A stretch of DNA of 64,000 nt from an uncultured delta proteobacterium. Lineage in GTDB: Bacteria > Desulfobacterota > Binatia > JACPRU01. The position numbers were made by a program, and so were the translations under genes. The stretch spans positions 32,001-96,000 of the forward strand of contig CAVUWD010000010.1 in the NCBI GenBank assembly GCA_963745025.1. Reading direction: 5' to 3'. This document shows, piece by piece, positions 56,730-64,000 of the stretch (within the stretch, counting starts at the first letter, position 1; each line of letters opens with the position of its first letter). The notes under the pieces are model-generated. The model was not told the origin of the DNA. It did not search any database and worked only from the letters and a program-made list of their open reading frames with translations.

Positions 56730-58049
56730 ATGATTCGATCCGAGCTCGCGATCATTTTGGGCCTGATCCTGCTGAACGGGCTCTTCGCCGGCGCGGAGAT
56801 CGCGCTGCTGACGCTCCGAAAGACGCGGCTTCAGCTGCTCCTCGAGCGGCGGTCGGCAGCGGCACGGGCGGTCGAAGCGCTGCGCAACGAGCCCGAGCGG
56901 TTTCTCGCCACGGTGCAGATCGGGATCACGGTCATCGGGGCCAGCACCGCCGCTTTCGGGGGCGCCTCGCTCGGCCGCGATCTCGGCGAGAGGCTCTCCA
57001 ACCTGCCCGTGATCGGCCCCTTCGGCCACGACATCGCGCTCGCCTGCGTAATCGTTCTGGTGTCCTATTTCTCACTCGTGCTCGGCGAGCTCGTCCCGAA
57101 GTCGATCGCTTTGCGCCATCCGGAGCGTTACGCGCTGATCGCGGGCCGTCCGATCCTCTGGATCTCTTTCGTCGCAAAGCCGCTCGTGTGGTTCTTGACG
57201 GGGAGCTCGAACCTCGTGCTGCGCCCGTTCGGCGACCAGACGTCGTTCGGCGAGTCGCGCCTTTCGCGCGAAGAGCTCCGGCAGCTCGTCGAGGAGGCGG
57301 CAAAGGCGGGAGCCCTCGACCCGCGGAGCGGTGAAATCGCTTCCCGTGCGTTGGAGTTCGGGCAGCTCGCGGCCCGCGACATCATGGTGCCGAGAAGCCA
57401 GATCGATGCGGTCGCGCGCAACGCCTCGCCGGAAGAGGTGAAGACGCTGCTGCTCGAGAGCGGACACTCGCGGATGCCGGTCTACGAGGCAACGCTCGAC
57501 AACATCGTCGGCTACATCAGCGCCAAGGACTTCCTCGCGCTTGCCTGGGAGAGGCAGCTGATCGTGCTGGAGGATCTGATTCGGCCGACCCATTTCGTTC
57601 CCGACAGCGTATCCGCTCCACAACTGCTGAAGGAGCTGCAAAGTCGCCATGCCTCGCTCGCCATCATCGTCAACGAGCACGGGGGAATCGTCGGGCTGGT
57701 GACGCTCGAGGACCTGATCGAGGAGCTCGTCGGCGAGATCTTCACCGAGCACGAGGTTCCCGAGGAGCTCGTGCGGCGCGAGCCCGACGGCAGCGCGCTC
57801 ATCCGCGGCAACGCCCGGATCCGGGAAGTGAACCGCGAGCTGTCGCTCGACCTGCCCGAGGGCGACAGCTCGACGATCGCGGGCCTCTGCACGGACATCG
57901 CGGGTCGGATCCCGCAGCGCGGCACGCGCCTCGAGGTCGCGGACGGCTGTTGGATCGAGGTCGTCGAGGCGTCGCCCCGCCTCGTTCGGCTCGTGCGCCT
58001 GATGCCGGGCCGTGACCGCACGGCGTCCCCCGAGAGCCCGGCGTCTTAG
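56730..58049 (+). CDS. Hemolysin-family CNNM/CBS/CorC transporter-associated protein
   Basis: NGLFAGAEIAL, FLATVQIGIT, GELVPKSIA, GHSRMPVY, GLVTLEDLIEELVGEI. Confidence 0.92.
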   Translation: MIRSELAIILGLILLNGLFAGAEIALLTLRKTRLQLLLERRSAAARAVEALRNEPERFLATVQIGITVIGASTAAFGGASLGRDLGERLSNLPVIGPFGHDIALACVIVLVSYFSLVLGELVPKSIALRHPERYALIAGRPILWISFVAKPLVWFLTGSSNLVLRPFGDQTSFGESRLSREELRQLVEEAAKAGALDPRSGEIASRALEFGQLAARDIMVPRSQIDAVARNASPEEVKTLLLESGHSRMPVYEATLDNIVGYISAKDFLALAWERQLIVLEDLIRPTHFVPDSVSAPQLLKELQSRHASLAIIVNEHGGIVGLVTLEDLIEELVGEIFTEHEVPEELVRREPDGSALIRGNARIREVNRELSLDLPEGDSSTIAGLCTDIAGRIPQRGTRLEVADGCWIEVVEASPRLVRLVRLMPGRDRTASPESPAS

Positions 58050-58078
58050 AATCGGCCGGTCGTTCGACCGGCCGATTC
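58049..58078. terminator. 13-bp hairpin directly after the stop codon (possible terminator, no U-tract)
   Basis: GAATCGGCCGGTC-GTTC-GACCGGCCGATTC. Confidence 0.45.
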
Positions 58079-58440
58079 GGTGAGCGCCGTCGACTCGCCC
58101 CCGATCCGGATTCCTTCACGCCGCGAGATCGCGTGGCGGATCCGGGGGCCCGCGGGGTTCGTCGAGTGTCTGTGGTCGACACCGCACGGCGGGTGGACAA
58201 GTAAGTCGTGGTCGCCAACGGAGAGGTCGGAGCCGTGCGACGCCGCTCGATCGCGAGTTTCGTCTCGTTGTTTTTCGCGCCCGCGGAAAGCCCGATCGAT
58301 CCCGCGGCAGGCGTCCGGGAGCATCGAAGTCGAATCCGACGCGCGCACGCTCATCGTCCTCGGCTGGATCGTCATCCTTCTCGTCGTCTTCGACCGTGGT
58401 AGCGTTGGCACCGCGCAAACGTGCCGGTGTAGAGTAGCCC

Positions 58441-59892
58441 ATGCCCCGGATCGCCGTACTCGGCCTCGACTCTGCTCCGCCGTCGTTCTTCTTCCACCGC
58501 TATCGGAAGGAGATGCCGAACCTGGAGCGACTGATGCGGACCGGCCTGGTCGCCCACCTGGAGTCGACGAACCCGCCGATCACCGTGCCCGCTTGGACCT
58601 CGATGATGTCGAGCAAGGATCCGGGGCAGCTCGGCTTCTACGGGTTCCGCAACCGCAAGGACCACTCTTACGACGGCTACCGGTTCGCCAACGGTTCGCT
58701 GATTCGCGAGCCTCTGGTGTGGGACATCCTCGGACGGCACGGCAAGCGCTCGATCCTGCTCGGCGTGCCGCAGACCTATCCGCCGCGTCCGATCGAGGGC
58801 GAGATGGTCACCTGCTTCCTCACGCCGTCGACCGAGAGTCAGTATACGTACCCCACCTCCCTCAAGGCGGAGGTCGAGCGGGTGACCGGCGGGTACGTCC
58901 TCGACGTTGACGATTTCCGCACGCCCGACAAGGGCGCGCTACTCGGCCGCATCTACGAAAAGACCCGCAAGCACTGGACCCTCGCCAAGCACATGCTCCG
59001 TACCCGGCCGTGGGACTTCTTCATGATCGTGGAGATGGGCGTCGATCGGATTCATCATGGGTTCTGGAGCTACTGCGATCCCGAGCATCACAAGTACGTT
59101 CCCGGCAATCCGTGGGAGCACGCGCTGCGCGACTACTACCGCTACCTCGACGGGGAAATCGGGGAGGTGTTGGAGCTGCTCGGAAAAGACACGATCGTCC
59201 TGGTGGTCTCCGACCACGGATCGAAGAAGATGGACGGGGGTATCTGTATCAACGAATGGCTGATCAACGGCGGCTATCTCAATCTGCTCGAGCGCCCGGC
59301 CGGGCCGACGCCGATCGGCAAGGCGAAGATCGACTGGAAGCACACCCGGGCCTGGGGCGACGGCGGCTATTACGGAAGGCTCTTCATGAACGTCCGTGGG
59401 CGTGAGCCCGAAGGGACGATCGACCCCGCGGACTACGAGCAGGTGAGACGCGAGATCGCAGCCGGAATCGAGGCGATCGCAGATCCGTCCGGACGCAACA
59501 TCGGGTCGAAGGCCTATCGGCCCGAGGACATCTATCGCGCGACCCGTGGTGTGCCGCCCGATCTGATCGTCTATTTCGGAGACCTCGACTGGCGCTCGGT
59601 CGGCTCGGTCGGCATGGGCTCGATCCACACGTTCGAGAACGACACAGGCCCGGACGAATCGAACCACGACTGGCACGGGATCTTCGTGATGAACGACCCG
59701 CGCCACCCCCGACCCGAGCCGGACTTGGACGATCTCCCGGTCTTCCGGATCTACGACGTGGCGCCGACCGTGTTGGCGGCCTTTGGGCTATCCGTGCCCG
59801 AAGACATGATCGGTCGCCCGCGTGTCGAGCCGCCCCGACCGCAGTCGCGCCCCGGCTTCTGGAAGCGGATCCTGCCGTTCGGTGATCCTTGA
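58441..59892 (+). CDS. Alkaline phosphatase superfamily protein (type I phosphodiesterase/nucleotide pyrophosphatase-like)
   Basis: VLGLDSA, PPITVPAWTSM, DRIHHGFW, VVSDHG, NHDWHGIF. Confidence 0.88.
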   Translation: MPRIAVLGLDSAPPSFFFHRYRKEMPNLERLMRTGLVAHLESTNPPITVPAWTSMMSSKDPGQLGFYGFRNRKDHSYDGYRFANGSLIREPLVWDILGRHGKRSILLGVPQTYPPRPIEGEMVTCFLTPSTESQYTYPTSLKAEVERVTGGYVLDVDDFRTPDKGALLGRIYEKTRKHWTLAKHMLRTRPWDFFMIVEMGVDRIHHGFWSYCDPEHHKYVPGNPWEHALRDYYRYLDGEIGEVLELLGKDTIVLVVSDHGSKKMDGGICINEWLINGGYLNLLERPAGPTPIGKAKIDWKHTRAWGDGGYYGRLFMNVRGREPEGTIDPADYEQVRREIAAGIEAIADPSGRNIGSKAYRPEDIYRATRGVPPDLIVYFGDLDWRSVGSVGMGSIHTFENDTGPDESNHDWHGIFVMNDPRHPRPEPDLDDLPVFRIYDVAPTVLAAFGLSVPEDMIGRPRVEPPRPQSRPGFWKRILPFGDP

Positions 59893-59975
59893 TCTTTAGG
59901 GGCGTTGGAGAACAGCGGTTTTGAATCGCACCCGAACCGAGGCGCGGTGGACCCGCGGGCAGGCGGGCGTTCGAA

Positions 59976-60269
59976 TTACTTGGCGTGCTTGCTCTTCGCT
60001 GCGGCCTTTTCGGCTCGGCAGTCTTTGACGGTGACCGCGTCCACGGTCACGCCGGAGACCGTTTGGCCGTTGATGATCGGTTTCACGCAGTCATGGCCGA
60101 GTCGTTTGCCCTGTGTGTGCTCGCCCTTTACGAAGCCTGCGGCCTTGCAAGCGTCCTCGATTTTGCGGCACGCAGTGGCATCCCCACTCGCCGCGGTTGC
60201 GAGATCTACAACCGCAACTCCCACCAATCCGCTCAAACCGAAAGCAAGAGCAGCCAGTCTCGTTCTCAT
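59976..60269 (-). CDS. Small secreted protein with four Cys
   Basis: Signal peptide; ACRKIEDACKAAGF...DCVKPII...VKDC; AAGGGAG RBS. Confidence 0.7.
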   Translation of the reverse strand: MRTRLAALAFGLSGLVGVAVVDLATAASGDATACRKIEDACKAAGFVKGEHTQGKRLGHDCVKPIINGQTVSGVTVDAVTVKDCRAEKAAAKSKHAK

Positions 60270-60296
60270 AGATCGTCTCCCTTGACTCAAAACACA

Positions 60297-60360
60297 TGAC
60301 CGATGACATCGTCGCGATCCAGCAGTTGCTCTATCGGTATTGCACCGCCGTGGACAGGCA
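60297..60360 (+). pseudogene. N-terminal relic of a SnoaL/NTF2-like gene
   Basis: MTDDIVAIQQLLYRYCTAVDR, then similarity is lost. Confidence 0.45.
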
Positions 60361-60425
60361 TGTGCTCGCCACCACCCGTTCTACCAAGATTGCCCCCAAA
60401 CGTGATCAGTGATAGACGTAGTTCG

Positions 60426-60533
60426 CTAATCCTGACTGTCCGGCGCGAGAACCACGCTCTGCGACTCCGGTAGTCACTTTCCCGCACCCTACTCTCAGGA
60501 AGTCTCGGCAACGGTAACAGGTGTCGTTGCCGC
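60426..60533 (+). ncRNA. Candidate structured leader RNA, copy B
   Basis: CCTGACTGTCCGGCGCGAGAA and ACTCTCAGGAAGTCTCGGCAACG identical to copy A; hairpin retained through G-U pairs. Confidence 0.5.
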
Positions 60534-60708
60534 AAGGGCCTAGCCTGTAGGCGGTCGTTTCAGCGATCGCTGAAAGGGGGCGCCGTAGGCAGGATAGGCC
60601 TTCGGATGGAGAACCAGGCGGGGCGCTTTTCCCGTAGAAGCGCCACGTCGAGCGAGCAGTAGTTCTCACCATCCGGGAGTCGAGCCAGCTCGGAGCTCAG
60701 GAGATTCG

Positions 60709-61248
60709 ATGCCTTTTCCGCAGGGACCTGTTTCGAAGTTGCGAGCCACTCGAGCAGCACCCGCACAGGCGCGTCACGGTGGTCCTGTCTTCGGCGTCGG
60801 TATGCGCGCGTTCGTGAGCGACGCCGGGAGCCTCAAGGGGCTGGTGGCGCTGAACGATGCCAGCGGCAAGGTGGCTGTGGGTCATCTGGCCGACGGCGCC
60901 GAAGTGGAGATTCTCGCTTGGATACCGCGAAGGGCGGCGACCGTTTATTGCGTTCAGTCTACCGAGAACCATCTCGCAGGCTGGCTCGGGGTCGCGAATC
61001 TCCGAGCGGGCCCAGGCCCGGCGATCATCGGCAGCCCAATGCCGGCGCCGACGCCGCCGGCCTGGATCTCTCTCCTGGCGCCGAGCGCCAAACCGCCGCC
61101 GGCGCATCCGCGGAAAGCGCTCGGGGGGTCTCATTCGGAGGGTCTAACCGGCGCGCAGCGAAGAAGCGAGGAACCGTCGGATGCATTACACCCTGCTCGG
61201 GACGAGGATTCCGGCAAGAGGCCGTACGGAGGACGGGCACACTCATGA
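60709..61248 (+). CDS. Hypothetical protein, possibly SH3-like beta domain plus Pro-rich tail
   Basis: CAGGAG RBS; HLADGAEVEILAW...YCVQS...GWLGVANLR. Confidence 0.6.
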   Translation: MPFPQGPVSKLRATRAAPAQARHGGPVFGVGMRAFVSDAGSLKGLVALNDASGKVAVGHLADGAEVEILAWIPRRAATVYCVQSTENHLAGWLGVANLRAGPGPAIIGSPMPAPTPPAWISLLAPSAKPPPAHPRKALGGSHSEGLTGAQRRSEEPSDALHPARDEDSGKRPYGGRAHS

Positions 61249-61367
61249 CCCCCTTTCTCTGGACGTTCTGGCGCCTTCGATTCTCCCGGCACGAACACTA
61301 CGCGATTCAGTACCACCGGCATCTCTTCTGGCGCTTCTGGTGGAGCGTTCCTCAGTGGCAATGGTAG
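61245..61367 (+). CDS. 40-aa Trp/Phe/Arg-rich peptide
   Basis: ATGA overlap with upstream stop, GGAGG upstream; MTPFLWTFWRLRFSRHEHYAIQYHRHLFWRFWWSVPQWQW. Confidence 0.5.
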   Translation: MTPFLWTFWRLRFSRHEHYAIQYHRHLFWRFWWSVPQWQW

Positions 61368-61420
61368 CAATCGGAGACGGCTCGGCACGCTCATTGGCCG
61401 AGATTATTTTCGCTTCAAGG

Positions 61421-62389
61421 CTAGGGAACCAGCAGCAGCTTGCCGGTCGAGCGCCGCGATGCGAGGAAGCGCAGCGCGGCGGCTGCTTCGGCGAGCGGAA
61501 ATTTCCCGCCGATCGGGACGGTGAGCTTGCCCTCGCTCGCGAGGCGGAAGACGGCTTCGAGGCCGCGCCGGTGGATCTCGCGCATGCCGTAGACCATCGG
61601 CACGACGAACCCGCTCACCTTCAGCGATTTGCCGAAGAGGCGCATCGGATCGATGGGATCCGCAGCGCCGCCCGCGCTGCCGTAGACGACGAGATGCCCG
61701 AACGGCGCGAGGCAGCCGAGCCCCTTCGCGACGGTCGGCTTGCCGACGGCATCGAGGATGAGATCGACGCCGCGCCCATCCGTCAGCCGCAGCGCTTCCT
61801 CGGCGAAATCGCGCGACGCGTACTCGATCACGTGGTCCGCTCCGAAGCGTCGCACGAGCTCGACCTTGTCGCTGCTCGAGACCGTGCCGATCACCCGCGC
61901 CCCGGCTGCCTTGGCGATCTGAACGGCGGCGATGCCGACCCCGCCGGCCGCCGAATGCACGAGCACCCATTGTCCCGCAGCGGTGCGATGGCAGCTGTGC
62001 AGTAGATGCCACGCGGTAAGCACGGCGATCGGGAATGCCGCGCCCTGCTCGAACCCCATGTCGTCCGGCAGCGGGATCACGCGCGAGCGGCGGATGCGGG
62101 CGTACTCCGCGAACGCGCCCATACCGATGTAGGCGACGCGCATCCCGGGCTTCAGACCCACGACGTCCGTAGCGACAGCGTCGACGACGCCTGCGGCCTC
62201 CATTCCCGGAACGTCGGGGAACACCGGCTTCACGAGATATTCGCCGCGGATGAAGAAGAGGTCGCCGAAGTTGACCGCGATCACCTCGTTCCGAACGATC
62301 ACCGTCCCCGGATCTAGGTTCGGGCGGGGAACTTCGCGCAAATCGAGGACCTCGGGGCCGCCGAGTCTGTCGAACTGAATGGCTCTCAC
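61421..62389 (-). CDS. NADPH:quinone oxidoreductase (zeta-crystallin/MDR family)
   Basis: GGPEVL, VNFGD, PGMEAAG, HSAAGGVG, STGKLLL. Confidence 0.92.
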   Translation of the reverse strand: MRAIQFDRLGGPEVLDLREVPRPNLDPGTVIVRNEVIAVNFGDLFFIRGEYLVKPVFPDVPGMEAAGVVDAVATDVVGLKPGMRVAYIGMGAFAEYARIRRSRVIPLPDDMGFEQGAAFPIAVLTAWHLLHSCHRTAAGQWVLVHSAAGGVGIAAVQIAKAAGARVIGTVSSSDKVELVRRFGADHVIEYASRDFAEEALRLTDGRGVDLILDAVGKPTVAKGLGCLAPFGHLVVYGSAGGAADPIDPMRLFGKSLKVSGFVVPMVYGMREIHRRGLEAVFRLASEGKLTVPIGGKFPLAEAAAALRFLASRRSTGKLLLVP

Positions 62390-62522
62390 ACGGCGCCCCG
62401 ATCCCGAACAACCTCGCGCGACGAGTAGCGCGCTTCGAGCAGGATCTCCTCGATCCGCTGAATTCCTTCGGTTCGTCTACTCGTCTCAATCGAGCCCGCG
62501 ACTGCGACCCTCCCTCAGATTC

Positions 62523-62861
62523 TCACCCGCGCTCGCCCGACAACAGCTCTTCCGCGCGCATGTCGAGCTCCGCCTTTGCCAGCAGGGCCTTGTCGAGCAA
62601 GAGCGTCTCCAATGCGGCGAGCCACTGCCGGTAGTAGATCGTGGCCGGGCTCGCGGACGGGTCGTTGGGAGGTGCGGCCACCGCCTCGATCAGGCGGTCG
62701 CGGAATTCGTCCCAGTGAAAGAGCCCCTTCTGGTGGAGCCCGACCACCATGCCGAAGGCACGGCTCTGCCAGGGCGCGTCGAACACGAGCTCGCCGTTCT
62801 TGCGGGGCACCGCGGCGGCGCCGCTCAAGTCCGGTGGTTGAACCGCGGCATCGGTCGACAT
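62523..62861 (-). CDS. Nitrile hydratase accessory (activator) protein
   Basis: PRKNGELVFDAPWQSRAFG, WDEFRDRLI, YYRQWLAALE. Confidence 0.9.
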   Translation of the reverse strand: MSTDAAVQPPDLSGAAAVPRKNGELVFDAPWQSRAFGMVVGLHQKGLFHWDEFRDRLIEAVAAPPNDPSASPATIYYRQWLAALETLLLDKALLAKAELDMRAEELLSGERG

Positions 62862-62870
62862 CGGACGAAC

Positions 62871-63485
62871 CTACCGCGGCGCCTCGATGGTGCCCACGCC
62901 GATCATCGAGTCGCGCGTGACGAGGCTTGCGAGCTCCTCCTCGGTCATCCCCTCGGTGCCCTTCGGCCGCTGCGGCAATACGAGGTAGCGGATCTCCGAG
63001 CTCGAGTCCCAGACGCGAACCTCGACCGACGGATCGAGCACCACGCCGAACTCGGCGAGCACGGTGCGGGGCTCCTTCACCACGCGTGAGCGGTAGGGCA
63101 GGCTCTTGTACCAGGCCGGAGGCAGCCCGAGCACCGGCCACGGGTAGCAGGAGCAGAGCGTGCACACCACCACGTTATGAATCTTCGGCGTGTTCTCGAC
63201 GGCCACCATGTGCTCGCCCTGAAGCCCGCCGATGCCGAGCTCGCCGAGCGCCGCCGTCGCGTTCTCGAGGAGCCGCTTCTTGAAATCCGGGTCCGTCCAA
63301 GCGCGCGCCACGGCCTTCGCGCCGTTGAGCGGTCCGATGTCCTTCTCATAAGCCGCCGCGACCTGATCGATCGCGTCGGAGGAGACCAACCCCTTCTCGA
63401 TCAGCAGCGATTCGATGGCGCGGGCCCGCGCCTCGACTGGCGAAAGCGGCTCGGGGTGATGACCGCCGTCATGTTCTCCGCTCAT
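62871..63485 (-). CDS. nthA: Cobalt-type nitrile hydratase alpha subunit
   Basis: Metal-binding VCTLCSCY (Thr/Tyr variant = Co type), [15 protein letters not shown]. Confidence 0.96.
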   Translation of the reverse strand: MSGEHDGGHHPEPLSPVEARARAIESLLIEKGLVSSDAIDQVAAAYEKDIGPLNGAKAVARAWTDPDFKKRLLENATAALGELGIGGLQGEHMVAVENTPKIHNVVVCTLCSCYPWPVLGLPPAWYKSLPYRSRVVKEPRTVLAEFGVVLDPSVEVRVWDSSSEIRYLVLPQRPKGTEGMTEEELASLVTRDSMIGVGTIEAPR

Positions 63486-64000
63486 CGCTTCCTCCTCGGA
63501 CGGCGCGTTACCGCTTTGCGGCGCCGGGTCTCGCCGCGGCTCCGCGCGGCGCGCTTCGGCGCGCGAGCGGCGGGCTCGAGATAGCTCTCCCAGAGGTCGA
63601 CGTAGACCTTGCCCCTGCCCTCCGCGTCAGGTCCCCAGAGATCCGCTGCTTCGAAGCCGACGGTGTAGAGAACCCTTGGGCTTTCGCCGCCCCCGTGGGC
63701 ATGGGCGTCGGGGAACACGAATCGCTCGTGAACCTGCTCGATCGTGCCCGTCGCGCCACGCACGTAACGGGGACAACGGGTGTGACCGTGCGGGTTCATG
63801 CGGCGCACGAGAACGCGTGCCCCGCTCGCAAAGCGAGCGCGCCCCTTGCCGCGTGAGGTTGGCGCGCCCGTGCGAATCGCCTGGGCGAGACGCTGCGCGA
63901 GCGCCGGATCGGAGCGTTCGGGAACCGCGGGCGGCGCGGCGGACGCGAACTCGCGTACCTTTGCCTCGATCTCGGCTGCGGACAGCCGGCCCTTTTCGAC
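63482..64000 (-). CDS. nthB: Nitrile hydratase beta subunit, 3' part (truncated by window end)
   Basis: [25 protein letters not shown]...[13 protein letters not shown]. Confidence 0.93.
   Translation of the reverse strand, partial: VEKGRLSAAEIEAKVREFASAAPPAVPERSDPALAQRLAQAIRTGAPTSRGKGRARFASGARVLVRRMNPHGHTRCPRYVRGATGTIEQVHERFVFPDAHAHGGGESPRVLYTVGFEAADLWGPDAEGRGKVYVDLWESYLEPAARAPKRAARSRGETRRRKAVTRRPRRKR

Noticed and set aside
60405-60430. Sigma54 promoter upstream of leader copy B
   Set aside because: No GG-N10-GC arrangement at the equivalent position

Overview
High-GC bacterial chromosome segment, probably from a deltaproteobacteria-like lineage. Candidatus Binatia is my best guess, from gene order and one lineage-typical small protein; this is inference. 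Bases 1-24.5 kb are an origin-proximal housekeeping block: yidC (3' end), jag/khpB, mnmE, mnmG, rsmG, parA, parB (with two parS palindromes), bactofilin, atpF'FHAGDC, two M16 peptidase subunits, a DHH phosphoesterase, a YfhO-like membrane protein, a fused ETF beta/alpha and tRNA-Gly(CCC). After the tRNA comes a mosaic accessory region. It holds a degenerate tRNA direct repeat and gene relics; GDP-fucose synthase and a sulfotransferase-GT2 fusion; and a compact PPTase plus two-gene NRPS whose starter module is an unusual double hotdog (MaoC-like) dehydratase-A-T fusion with a non-canonical A domain. It also holds a cytochrome c/USP/glgP/ftsH/ptsP/cyclic beta-1,2-glucan synthase cassette, a putative sigma54-driven RRM operon with small proteins, and a ~110-nt structured leader motif present twice (55.5 kb and 60.4 kb), the second upstream of an ORF coupled to a Trp-rich 40-aa peptide. 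The window ends in a quinone oxidoreductase and a cobalt-type nitrile hydratase cluster. Several apparent frameshifts are single-base insertions that look like sequencing errors.
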